In this document: piece by piece, positions 23,230 through 32,453 of the stretch
Layout: each line of letters opens with the position of its first letter
Position numbering within the stretch: the first letter of the stretch is position 1
Assembly (NCBI GenBank): GCA_963822965.1
Contig: CAWGJT010000005.1
Location: 608,001-672,000 of the forward strand
Source: an uncultured delta proteobacterium
Lineage (GTDB): Bacteria > Myxococcota_A > UBA9160 > UBA4427
DNA: 64,000 nucleotides
Direction: 5' to 3'
The notes under the pieces: model-generated
Told to the model about the DNA's origin: nothing
Database searches by the model: none
The model's input: only the letters and a program-made list of their open reading frames with translations
Translations under genes and position numbers: made by a program

Positions 23230-24660
23230 ATGAGCTGGCCCTCCGCCCGGCGAACACAGAGGACCCGCTTGCGGATCTGGATCGACGCTACCCGCCACGA
23301 CGACACCGCCCTGGTCTTCGGCATGGGCCTCCTGGAGCGGCTGCTCCGCAGCCTGGCCGAGGTGGAGGAGCGACTCTCGCGCCTTCCCGCGCTCGAAGGG
23401 GAGTCCCGGGGCGCGACCGACGTCCGCGCTCGGCTGCACCGATACTTCGAGAACCACCGCACCCCGAGCGAGATCCGCGTCGAGCTGTCACCGCACGGCG
23501 CTTCCCCGGAAGAGCTGCCCCCCGAGATCACCGCCCGGCTTCCCGTGGTCCTGTCCCGGAGCGAGGCGAGCTTCGGCGAGCGCCTCGCCGCCGCGGTGCG
23601 GGACGCGGGCGGCGAGCCGCTGCTGGCCCTGTCGGCGGATACGGTCGTGGACGAACGCGTGCTCGAGCAGCTCGTGTGCTCGACCGGGCCGTTCGCGTTC
23701 TTCGGCGGAACGGGCGAGGAGCACGGCGCCGCCCTGCGAATCGACGGACCGCTGCCGCCGCAGGCGGCCGCAGCCGCGGATCTGGTCGCCGCCGCCCGCG
23801 CCTGCCTGGAGTCGGGCGCGGCCGAGGAGCTGTGCGCCGATGCGTTCGACGGCTACGTGCCCCTGCTGCGGCGCAACCTGCCGGCGTGGCTCTTCCGCAT
23901 TCCCGACGCCACGAGCGCCAGGAAGCTCGAAGCGTTCCTCTTCTGGTCCACCGACAAGGGGACGGCGGACTTCCTGACGAAGTACGTCTATCCGAGGCTG
24001 GTGTGGCGCCTGGTGGTGCCGCTCGCCCGAAGGCGGATCGCGCCCAACGCCGTCACGGGCGTGGCCATCGCCTGCGGCTTCGCCGCCATCTCGTTCTTCG
24101 CGGCGGGTCTCTGGGGGCCGGGCCTGGCACTCGCCTACGCGACGAGCGTGCTCGACGCCGTGGACGGGAAGCTGGCGCGTCTCACCCTGACGGCGTCGCG
24201 CCAGGGGGCGGCGCTCGACCACGCCCTCGACGTCGTGCACCCGCCGCTCTGGTACGGCGCGTGGGCCTGGGGACTCTCGGGCGGCGACGCCGGCTCGACC
24301 CTCTTCCACGCCAGCCTGTGGATGGCGGGGCTCTTCGTGGTCGACCGCCTGCTCGCCAACCTCTTCGAATCGTGTACCGGCGGAAGGTCTCCGCGACGGC
24401 TCGAGCCCCTCGGCGGGCGGCTCCGGAGCCTCGGCTCGCGTCGCAACGTGAACCTGGCGCTCTTCACCGCGGGTCTCGCCCTCGGGCACGGCACCGAGGC
24501 CTTCTACGCGGTGGGGGCGCTCCAGCTCGCCGCCGTCCTCCACCACCTCGGCCAGGTGGTGCGGGTCTGGAACGTCGACCCCGGCCCGGAGGCACCGCAC
24601 GCTCCCCGTCTGCAACCCCTCGGCCCCCCGCTCGACGCCCTGGGAGGGCCCGACTCATGA
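23230..24660 (+). CDS. CDP-alcohol phosphatidyltransferase with N-terminal extension
   Basis: PNAVT and the signature DAVDGKLAR.....S..GAALD...D. Confidence 0.88.
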   Translation: MSWPSARRTQRTRLRIWIDATRHDDTALVFGMGLLERLLRSLAEVEERLSRLPALEGESRGATDVRARLHRYFENHRTPSEIRVELSPHGASPEELPPEITARLPVVLSRSEASFGERLAAAVRDAGGEPLLALSADTVVDERVLEQLVCSTGPFAFFGGTGEEHGAALRIDGPLPPQAAAAADLVAAARACLESGAAEELCADAFDGYVPLLRRNLPAWLFRIPDATSARKLEAFLFWSTDKGTADFLTKYVYPRLVWRLVVPLARRRIAPNAVTGVAIACGFAAISFFAAGLWGPGLALAYATSVLDAVDGKLARLTLTASRQGAALDHALDVVHPPLWYGAWAWGLSGGDAGSTLFHASLWMAGLFVVDRLLANLFESCTGGRSPRRLEPLGGRLRSLGSRRNVNLALFTAGLALGHGTEAFYAVGALQLAAVLHHLGQVVRVWNVDPGPEAPHAPRLQPLGPPLDALGGPDS

Positions 24661-25433
24661 AGGCCCTCGTCCTCAGCGCCGGTCAGGGAACGCGCCTGCG
24701 TCCCCTCACCGATCAGCTACCCAAGTGCCTGCTCTCCGTTCGCGGCGACCAGTCCGTCCTGGAGGTCCAGCTCAGGACCCTCGCCGAGTGCGGTGTGGAC
24801 GAAGCGATCGTGTTCGTGGGATTCGGCGCCTCGCAGGTGGAGGATTGCGTGGCCCAGCGGGCGCCGGCGGGTCTCCGCGTCCGGACGGTCTTCAACCCCT
24901 TCTACGCCGTCTCGGACAACCTGGCCACCTGCTGGCTCGCCCGGGAGCACATGCAGGACGAGTTCCTGATCCTGAACGGGGACACGCTCTTCGAGCCCGC
25001 CGTGCTGCGCCGCCTGATGCGCGCGACCGACGCGCCGCTCACCCTCGCCATCAACCAGAAGGACCTCTACGACGACGACGACATGAAGGTGTCCCTCGCG
25101 TGCGGCGGCCGACTCGTCGGAGTCGACAAGGGCCTCGATCCGCGCATCGTCGACGGAGAGTCGATCGGGCTCATGCTCTTCCGCCCCGAGGGCGCCGCGC
25201 GATTCCGGCAGGTTCTCGAGCGGGCGATCCGCCGCGAGGATGCCGTGAGGCGCTGGTATCTCTCCGCGGTGAGCGAGATGGCCCAGGACACCCCGGTTCG
25301 CACCGTCGCCATCACCGGCCTGTGGTGGGGCGAGCTCGACTCGCAGGAGGACCTGGCCGCCCTGCGAGCGCACCTGGACGACGAGCACAAGCAGGAAGAG
25401 CGCGTCGACCGGGCCCTCTTCTCGCGCGCGTAG
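24657..25433 (+). CDS. phosphocholine cytidylyltransferase-like nucleotidyltransferase
   Basis: ALVLSAGQGTRL.PLT...PKCL, FNPFY, LNGD, DDMKV, GESIG, WGELD; ATGA overlap with the upstream gene. Confidence 0.9.
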   Translation: MKALVLSAGQGTRLRPLTDQLPKCLLSVRGDQSVLEVQLRTLAECGVDEAIVFVGFGASQVEDCVAQRAPAGLRVRTVFNPFYAVSDNLATCWLAREHMQDEFLILNGDTLFEPAVLRRLMRATDAPLTLAINQKDLYDDDDMKVSLACGGRLVGVDKGLDPRIVDGESIGLMLFRPEGAARFRQVLERAIRREDAVRRWYLSAVSEMAQDTPVRTVAITGLWWGELDSQEDLAALRAHLDDEHKQEERVDRALFSRA

Positions 25434-25457
25434 GGCCCCGCGGCCGGCGGTGCCCGG

Positions 25458-25892
25458 TCAGCGACCGGCGGAAGGCCCTTGAAGCGCGTCCCAGTCGAAC
25501 GCGAGATCCATCTCGATCTCGGGATGGACGCTCTGCTTCACCGGACACGTCCAGGCGGTGCGCTCCAGCGTGGCCCGGGCATCGGCGTCGAGGCCGCCCG
25601 GCAGGGCGAAGCGGATCACCAGGCGACCGACTCGACGCACCGGATCGGCCACCATATGCTTCTCGACCCGCGCGCGGGCGCCGTCGAGACGCCATCCCTC
25701 GCGTCGGGCCACGATACCCATGGTCGTGAGCGCGCAGGATCCCAGGGCCGTCGCCAGCAGGTCGGTGGGCGAGAAGGACTCCCCGCGGCCCTGGTTGTCC
25801 AGCGGGGCGTCGGTCTCGAGCTCGCGGGCGGACGGGTCGTGCCGGCAGCGTGTGTGCAGGTCGCCTTCGTAGACGACGTCGATCTCCACCAT
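25458..25892 (-). CDS. OsmC family protein
   Basis: TDAP.DNQGRGESFSPTDLLATALGSC...CPV. Confidence 0.92.
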   Translation of the reverse strand: MVEIDVVYEGDLHTRCRHDPSARELETDAPLDNQGRGESFSPTDLLATALGSCALTTMGIVARREGWRLDGARARVEKHMVADPVRRVGRLVIRFALPGGLDADARATLERTAWTCPVKQSVHPEIEMDLAFDWDALQGPSAGR

Positions 25893-25976
25893 GGCTCGCT
25901 GTCTCCGTCGGTGCTCGTGTGGGTGTCTCTCTCGGTGACGACAGTGTGGGGGGCTCGCCGGATCTCCGCACGAACA

Positions 25977-26002
25977 GGCGTCTCGATCCGGATCGAGACG
26001 CC
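25977..26002. promoter_or_regulatory. 26-bp perfect palindrome in a divergent intergenic region
   Basis: GGCGTCTCGATCC|GGATCGAGACGCC, 18 nt upstream of ATG 26021; function inferred. Confidence 0.55.
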
Positions 26003-26020
26003 GGGAGCCACGAGAATACG

Positions 26021-26568
26021 ATGAGCGAGATCCGATGCAGCACCTGCGGCCGAGGCTTCGAGGGTCGCCGCCTGGCCTGGTGCCCCCGCTGCCTGGCCGA
26101 ACGGTGGCTCGCGACGCCCACCTGGTGCGCCCGAAGCACGACCCCGGGGCCCCGGCGGGCCGGCTCGACACCTACCGCTCGCTGATCACGCCGCGAGCCC
26201 GCGCCGAGCTTCCGGGTGTGCTGGCCGACGCGGCGGAGAGAGGAGAGTGGTTCTGGGACCGGGACTACCGGATGTGGGTCCACGTCACCCTGCGCCCGCT
26301 GGACCGGGTTCCGGGGGTGGGCGTCCCGGCCGGGCGCGAGGAGGCCGACCACGCCCTCGACTGCCTGTTCATCGCCGAGGCCGATTCCAGCGAGCAGGCT
26401 CACGTGTTCGCGGCCGACGGCGAGCGCCATCGCGCCCAGATCCGGGCCGGGGTCTTCGAACCCCTCGGGGCCTGCACATCCCCGGGCTGTGAGAACCTGC
26501 GCAAGCCTGGCGCGAGTCACTGCAGCGCGCACGACGTGCACGCGGACCCCGCCACGGCGCCGGCCTGA
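26021..26568 (+). CDS. hypothetical protein with two putative zinc-binding motifs, one frameshift near 26115
   Basis: MSEIRCSTC...CPRC then, in the shifted frame, GEWFWDRDYRMWVHV...CTSPGC...HCSAH. Confidence 0.6.
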
Positions 26569-26611
26569 ACCGGTCCCGGGTGGGCGATGGAACCGCCAGG
26601 CAGGGACCGGT
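26569..26611. terminator. inverted repeat immediately after the stop codon
   Basis: ACCGGTCCC...GGGACCGGT; no clear U-tract. Confidence 0.35.
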
Positions 26612-26630
26612 GACTCTAAGCGTGCTTCTC

Positions 26631-26783
26631 CTCGGGAGCCTCGCGGCGGGTACCGATCCAACCCGCCGGAGCCGATGAGGGGCGAAGGCTCGCATCTCCT
26701 TCGCAAACCCCGGCTCCCTGCGGCGAGGGCGAACTCGGCCCGGTGGCGCCCGCCACCGGGCCGAACTTCTCTGGCCCCCCGAG
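26631..26783. other. multi-helix structured non-coding element
   Basis: Nested complementary pairs CTCGGG/CCCGAG, CCTCGC/GCGAGG, GGCGGGT/ACCCGCC, GGAGCCG/CGGCTCC, GCGAAGG/CCTTCGC and a 13-bp hairpin at 26735-26764. Confidence 0.6.
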
Positions 26784-26808
26784 CAGCCCCCCGACCCCCG
26801 AGTCAACC

Positions 26809-27834
26809 CGCGCGAGGCGGCCGAGAGTGCGGCAGATTCGCGGCCCTCGCAGCGAACGCCCCCGCAGACGTACTCCCGTACGTCGAGGACGGCCCAAGCG
26901 AGAAGGTCGCGCGCGAGGCGGCCGAGAGCGCGGCAGATTCGCGGCCCTCGCAGCGAACGCCCCCGCAGACGTACTCCCGTACGTCGAGGACGGCCCAAGC
27001 GAGAAGGTCGCGCGCGAGGCGGCCGAGAGCGCGGCAGATTCGCGGCCCTCGCAGCGAAGGCCCCCGCAGACGTACTCCCGTACGTCGAGGACGGCCCAAG
27101 CGAGAAGGTCGCGCGCGAGGCGGCCGAGAGCGCGGCAGATTCGCGGCCCTCGCAGCGAAGGCCCCCGCAGACGTACTACTCCGGTACGTCGAGGACGGCC
27201 CAAGCGAGAAGGTCGCCCGCGAGGCGGCCGAGAGCGCGGCAGATTCGCGGCCCTCGCAGCGAAGGCCCCCGCAGACGTACTCTCCGGTACGTCGAGGACG
27301 GCCCAAGCGAGAAGGTCGCGCGCGAGGCGGCCGAGAGCGCGGCAGATTCGCGGCCCTCGCAGCGAAGGCCCCCGCAGACGTACTCCCGTACGTCGAGGAC
27401 GGCCGAAGCGAGAAGGTCGCGCGCGAGGCGGCCGAGAGCGCGGCAGATTCGCGGCCCTCGCAGCGAAGGCCCCCGCAGACGTACTACTCCGGTACGTCGA
27501 GGACGGCCCAAGCGAGAAGGTCGCCCGCGAGGCGGCCGAGAGTGCGGCAGATTCGCGGCCCTCGCAGCGAAGGCCCCCGCAGACGTACTACTCCGGTACG
27601 TCGAGGACGGCCCAAGCGAGAAGGTCGCGCGCGAGGCGGCCGAGAGCGCGGCAGATTCGCGGCCCTCGCAGCGAAGGCCCCCGCAGACGTACTACTCCGG
27701 TACGTCGAGGACGGCCCAAGCGAGAAGGTCGCCCGCGAGGCGGCCGAGAGTGCGGCAGATTCGCGGCCCTCGCAGCGAAGGCCCCCGCAGACGTACTCCC
27801 GTACGTCGAGGACGGCCGAAGCGAGAAGGTCGCG
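26809..27834. repeat. 10 x 101-104 bp double-hairpin tandem array
   Basis: Anchor CCGAGAG at 26821, 26922, 27023, 27124, 27228, 27331, 27432, 27536, 27640, 27744; GACGTAC-loop-GTACGTC in every unit. Confidence 0.97.
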
Positions 27835-27869
27835 AAGATGCCGTGCTATCGGCCGCCGCAGCCCGCAGC

Positions 27870-28534
27870 CTACCAGCGGTACTGGACGCCCAGCGAGAAC
27901 GTCGCGAACTGGAAGTCGGCGATGGAGCCCGTCGGGAACAGGTACGCGAACTCCGTGTCCACCACGAACTGGTCGCTCAGGTAGACGTCGAGGCCGGCCC
28001 CCATGCGGGCCACGAAGCCGGAGTCGTCTCCCTTCTTCTCCTGGAAGACGAGCCCGCCCACGCCGAAGGTCGCATAGGGCTGGAGGCGCCCGAGCAGCGG
28101 ATAGAGCTTTCCCCCGCGGTCAGCGTCCAGCCGTCGAAGTTGTCGTCGTAGCCGCTGGTGCGCTCCTTCACCGCGAAGCCCGAGTAGTACTGGAAGAGCA
28201 CCTCGGCGGCGAGACGGGGGGTCGCCCGGTAGCCCCCCCGCAGCTCGAATCCCCCGCCGTCGTCGGCGCTGATGTCGAGCGGGTTGTCCGCGTTGTTGAT
28301 CAGCGGGTCGGTGTCGAAGTTCTCGAGGGCGAAGAGCCCGCCCACGCCGAGGAAGACGCCCGTGCGCGCGAACGGATAGTAGCTGTCGTCCCACTCCGAC
28401 ACCGGCGGCACCTGCGCCGGCTCCTGGGCGGACGCGACGCGCGGCGCCAGCACCAGCGCGAGCCCGCCCACCGCGAAGGCCGCCGCCAGGATCCTCCCGG
28501 AACGGGTCGCACGACGTGACGATCGCTCCTGCAT
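27870..28534 (-). CDS. outer-membrane beta-barrel protein (OmpA/OmpW-like), one frameshift near 28110
   Basis: Signal peptide ending ASA-Q; GGYRA....AAE, LQPYATFGVG, GAGLDVY; C-terminal LGVQYRW. Confidence 0.85.
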
Positions 28535-28623
28535 CTCTGGAACCCCCCCGGCCGGATTCTTACCACAACGCGAGCGAACGACGCCGGCTTCGGACGCGAG
28601 ACGCACCCCTGCGACGCCCGGAC

Positions 28624-30879
28624 TCACGGTGCCGCGAAATCCGGCCCGGCCACCAGCGCGCCGGAGCGCACATCGGCCTCCGAGACGACGAGGCGGCCCG
28701 GGGCGGCGTCCTCGCCGACGCCCGCGGCCTCGAGCGCGACGCCGGCCGCGCTCGCCGCGGTCAACGCGTAGCTCGGCTCGGTGCGCACGCCCGGGGGCGC
28801 GCCCCGGGTCGAGTACGGGAGGCGCAGCGCGTAGCGCCCGGCGGCGTCGGCCACCGCCCGGGTCTCGAAGCGACCCCGACGGCCGCGGTTGCTCTGGTAG
28901 GCGAGCCGCGCCGTGACCACCGCCCCCGGCGGAGCACGGCCCTCCACGAGCGCACCCGCCACGCGCTCGAAGATGCGGAACTCCGAGCGGCCGAGCTGCA
29001 TGCGCTCCGAATCGAGGAGCGACTCGTACAGCAGCCGGTGGTGCGCGAGCCCGGGGCTGTCGTCGACGGACAGGCGCTTGCGCATGGCCTCGCCGTGGAG
29101 CCGTGCGTCCGGGACGTCGCCCAGGGTCTGCACGAGCACGTAGCGGGCCCGCAGGTCGTCGAGGATGCGGACCGCATCCGGCTCGCGGCTCGCGAAGTAG
29201 GCGGTCACCCGCCGCAGGTTGCCCTCGCCGACGTCGTCTCCGAAGTTGCCGACGACGGTCGGCCGCTGGGCCACGTACTTGAGCAGGTGCCCGAAGCCCC
29301 AGGGCGCCAGGATCCCGTACTCCGGCCGCGCGCCGGGGGAGAGGGGCGAGTCGGTAGGCGGCGTGTTGTCCCGCAGCCAGACGGCCGCGTCGAGTAGCAC
29401 CCTTCTCGAAATCTCGTTGCGGGGCACGATCATCGGAGCGCCTCGCAGCTTGCGGATCGCGTTGCTGGCGGGGATCCGCCAGGCCGCGAGGCTCGGCGCG
29501 AAGAGCGCCGCACAGAGCACCGCGACGGCACCCAGCAGGGCCACCCGGCGCGGGCCGGGCCGAAGCGTGGCCCGCAGGCGCCGGAAGACCGTCACGATCG
29601 CCCAGGCGGTCACGATGGCGAATGCCGGCGAGAGCGAGTTGAAGAAGCGGCGCTGCAGGAGCGTGACGACGGCGAGCGCGAAGGTCCAGCGCCACCAGCA
29701 GGAGCAGCGCGGGCTGGCGCGGGCGCCGCCAGGCGCTGGATCGCCAGCGCGACCCCGAAGACGGGCAGCAGGTAGAGGAAGCGCGAGAGTCGCAGCTCGG
29801 CGTTGGCGGGATCGAAGCCGGTCTCGGACAGGAAGAGGGGCTTCGATTCGTTGACGAGGCCCTGGAACACCTCGTCCCGGGTCAGCCAGCGCCAGGCCTC
29901 GCCCGCGCCCGTGAGCAGGCCGGGCAGCAGGAGCCCGCTCGCCACCACGCAACCCGAGACCCAGCCCGACGATCCAGACGATGCGGCCGCCTCGCGACCC
30001 GCCGGCAGCGGTCGTGCGCCAGAGGAGCGCGGATGCCAGGGACAGGGTCGCGAGCGCCCCGAAGACCCAGGGCTGGAAGTGCGAGACCACGGCGGGACTG
30101 AACTCGCTCCATCCGGCCCAGTGGGCGCTCCACCCGGACGGTGCGGTCAGGACGAGCGCCGTGCCGTTCGCCAGGGTGAGGAGCCGGGCCCCGCGCCGCG
30201 CGCCGTCGCGGTCCGGCCGACTCATCCAGGCGATGCCCAGCGCCAGCTCCAGCACCCCCACGTGCAGCAGCGCACCCGGCCACAGCAGCAGCGAAGCGCC
30301 CATCCCCGCGCCGGTGGCGACGGCGCGCCAGCGACGCCCCGGCCCCCCCGAGACGACCGCCTCGAGCAGCCCCATCGCCACCCACAGCAGGCTCGTCTCG
30401 AGGAGCGCCACGGCGACGTGGTGGTCGAGGAAGCCGATCTGGGAGTACCAGAAGTGGGCCGAGAGGAAGCAGAGCAGGAGCCCGGCGAGCCAGGCCACCG
30501 TGGGATCGAAGAGGCGCAGGGCGAGGCGCCAGGTGACCACCACGCACAGCGCCCCCAGGACCGGCGGCAGGCACGCCGCCACCCGCTCCACCGAGAGCGG
30601 CGTACCGAGCACGTGCACGGGCCACACCAGCCAGCCGACCACCGCGTCGAACAGCGGCGGCCAGATCGGCTGGGCGCCGTGGGGGAAGTTGACGTAGGGA
30701 TCGAAGCCGGGCGGCCAGCCGCCGTTCGCGAGGGCGAGCCGCACCCGCCGCATGTGGTACCAGGCGTCCATCCCGAAGAAGACGACGCGATCGGGCTCGA
30801 TCACGGTCGGCCAGGGCAACAGACGAAGCGCGAGCGCCAGCGCGAAGAGGGAGAAGGGGGTGAGTGCGCGCGCCGTCAC
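28624..30879 (-). CDS. STT3/AglB-type oligosaccharyltransferase-like protein (compensating frameshifts at about 29700-29950)
   Basis: DAWYHMRR, FDPYVNFPHG..IWPPLFD, GFLDHH, LVNE (TIxE-like), YGILAPWGFGH (WWDYG-like); many TM helices. Confidence 0.85.
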   Translation of the reverse strand: MTARALTPFSLFALALALRLLPWPTVIEPDRVVFFGMDAWYHMRRVRLALANGGWPPGFDPYVNFPHGAQPIWPPLFDAVVGWLVWPVHVLGTPLSVERVAACLPPVLGALCVVVTWRLALRLFDPTVAWLAGLLLCFLSAHFWYSQIGFLDHHVAVALLETSLLWVAMGLLEAVVSGGPGRRWRAVATGAGMGASLLLWPGALLHVGVLELALGIAWMSRPDRDGARRGARLLTLANGTALVLTAPSGWSAHWAGWSEFSPAVVSHFQPWVFGALATLSLASALLWRTTAAGGSRGGRIVWIVGLGLGLRGGERAPAARPAHGRGRGLALADPGRGVPGPRQRIEAPLPVRDRLRSRQRRAATLALPLPAARLRGRAGDPAPGGARASPRCSCWWRWTFALAVVTLLQRRFFNSLSPAFAIVTAWAIVTVFRRLRATLRPGPRRVALLGAVAVLCAALFAPSLAAWRIPASNAIRKLRGAPMIVPRNEISRRVLLDAAVWLRDNTPPTDSPLSPGARPEYGILAPWGFGHLLKYVAQRPTVVGNFGDDVGEGNLRRVTAYFASREPDAVRILDDLRARYVLVQTLGDVPDARLHGEAMRKRLSVDDSPGLAHHRLLYESLLDSERMQLGRSEFRIFERVAGALVEGRAPPGAVVTARLAYQSNRGRRGRFETRAVADAAGRYALRLPYSTRGAPPGVRTEPSYALTAASAAGVALEAAGVGEDAAPGRLVVSEADVRSGALVAGPDFAAP

Positions 30880-30930
30880 GGGCGGGAGGATACTCTTCGC
30901 GCGTCCTTTCGCGTATCGTGGGCGCGCCCG

Positions 30931-32376
30931 ATGCCGGCCCAACGCACGGACAGATCCGGCCTCCTGCTCGCAGCGATCGTCGTCTTCGCTGCCGCGCTCC
31001 GGATTCCCGGGCTCGCGAGCGACTTCTGGCTCGACGAGATCTGGACCCTCAAATACGTCTACGGAATGCATTCGGCGTGGGACGTCTTCACCAGCATCCA
31101 TCACTCGAACAACCACCACCTGAACACCCTGATCCTCTACGCGCTGGGGGATCTCGACAGCTGGTGGCCCTACCGCATCCACTCCCTGCTGGCGGGCGTC
31201 GGCAGCGTGGCCCTCGCCTTCCGCATCGGCGCGCGCCGGGGCCGCAGCGAGGGCGCCGTCGCCGGCCTGCTGTGCGCCACTTCGTATCTGCTCATCCACT
31301 ACTCCTCCGAGGCCCGGGGCTACTCCCTGGTCGTCTTCTTCGCGCTGGCCTCGTTCGACGTCCTCGAGGTCTTCCTCGAGAAGCGGCGGTGGACCCAGGC
31401 CCTCCTCTTCCAGGCGTGCGCGTGCCTCGGCTTCCTCTCACACCTGATGTACCTGCACGCCTTCCTGGCGGCGGGCGTCTTCGCGGCGTTCGTGCTCTGG
31501 CGCCGGGAGCGGAGCGTGCTGCGGGTGCTGTGGGAGGGAGCCCGGGCGTTCGCGGCTCCGACGCTCTTCCTGCTCGTGTTCTACTGGTTCGACATCCGGC
31601 TCACGAAGATCGGGGAGGGCCCGGAGCTCGACGCGGCCGAGGTCTTCGTGCGGGCGCTCTCGTATGCGATCGGCGGTCCGCCGCGGGGCGCCGTGGCGCT
31701 GGCCGTCGCCATCGCGACCGTGGTGCTCTTCGCCGGGTCGATCGCCTGGTGGGCCCGGAAGCGGCGAGACGCCTGGGTCTTCCTCGCCGTCGTGGTGTTC
31801 GTCTCGCCCGCGGCGACGTTCGCGCTGATGCGCCCCCAGGTCTTCTTCGTGCGCTACTTCCTGCTCGCCACCGCCTTCGGCCTGGTCGCCCTGGCGGGCC
31901 CCGTAGCGGCGGCGCTCCGCGCCGGCGGGGTCGGGCGCGCCGCGGCGGGGGCTCTGCTGGCTGCGACCTTCGTGGGCAACGGGATCGATACCGCACGCTT
32001 CTACCGCTACGGGCGCGGCGACCTGCTCGGCACCGTCCGCTACATCGCCGACCGCGCGGGCGACCGGCTGCCCACGGTGGGGGGCGACCACCGGTTCCGC
32101 ACCAACACGGTGATCCGTTTCTACAACCGCTACCTGCCGCCGGACCGCCGGCTCGTCTATCGGCCCCAGCAGGAGTACCCGGACTGGCTGCTGCTGCACC
32201 GCATCGGACCGCTCGGGCACGTCGACCCCGCCCTGGTGGACGGGCAGGGACACGCGTACGTGCTCGCCCGGGTGGCGCGCTACTCGGACCTCTCCGGCTG
32301 GCACTGGCTGCTCTACCGCAAGGTGGACGACTCGGACACGAAGCCGCAGGCCGCGACGGACGGGCCCGGCGAGTGA
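30931..32376 (+). CDS. GT-C fold glycosyltransferase (GT39/PMT-like)
   Basis: LR..GL..DFWLDE, SNNHHLN, YSSEARGYSL, FFVRYFL; polytopic membrane protein. Confidence 0.85.
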   Translation: MPAQRTDRSGLLLAAIVVFAAALRIPGLASDFWLDEIWTLKYVYGMHSAWDVFTSIHHSNNHHLNTLILYALGDLDSWWPYRIHSLLAGVGSVALAFRIGARRGRSEGAVAGLLCATSYLLIHYSSEARGYSLVVFFALASFDVLEVFLEKRRWTQALLFQACACLGFLSHLMYLHAFLAAGVFAAFVLWRRERSVLRVLWEGARAFAAPTLFLLVFYWFDIRLTKIGEGPELDAAEVFVRALSYAIGGPPRGAVALAVAIATVVLFAGSIAWWARKRRDAWVFLAVVVFVSPAATFALMRPQVFFVRYFLLATAFGLVALAGPVAAALRAGGVGRAAAGALLAATFVGNGIDTARFYRYGRGDLLGTVRYIADRAGDRLPTVGGDHRFRTNTVIRFYNRYLPPDRRLVYRPQQEYPDWLLLHRIGPLGHVDPALVDGQGHAYVLARVARYSDLSGWHWLLYRKVDDSDTKPQAATDGPGE

Positions 32377-32453
32377 CCGACTCGGCGACGTCGCGGGTCA
32401 CCTCGAGCCGCGGCGAGATCGGGTAGACGTTCCCCGACCGAAGTGGGTGGGGA

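Noticed and set aside
26809..27834. CRISPR array
   Set aside because: Units are near-identical over their whole length with no unique spacers, and no cas genes are present.
26216..28519. Long repetitive ORFs across the array (767 aa, 413 aa)
   Set aside because: Unit lengths are not multiples of three, so the translation cycles through frames; these are stop-free GC-rich artefacts.
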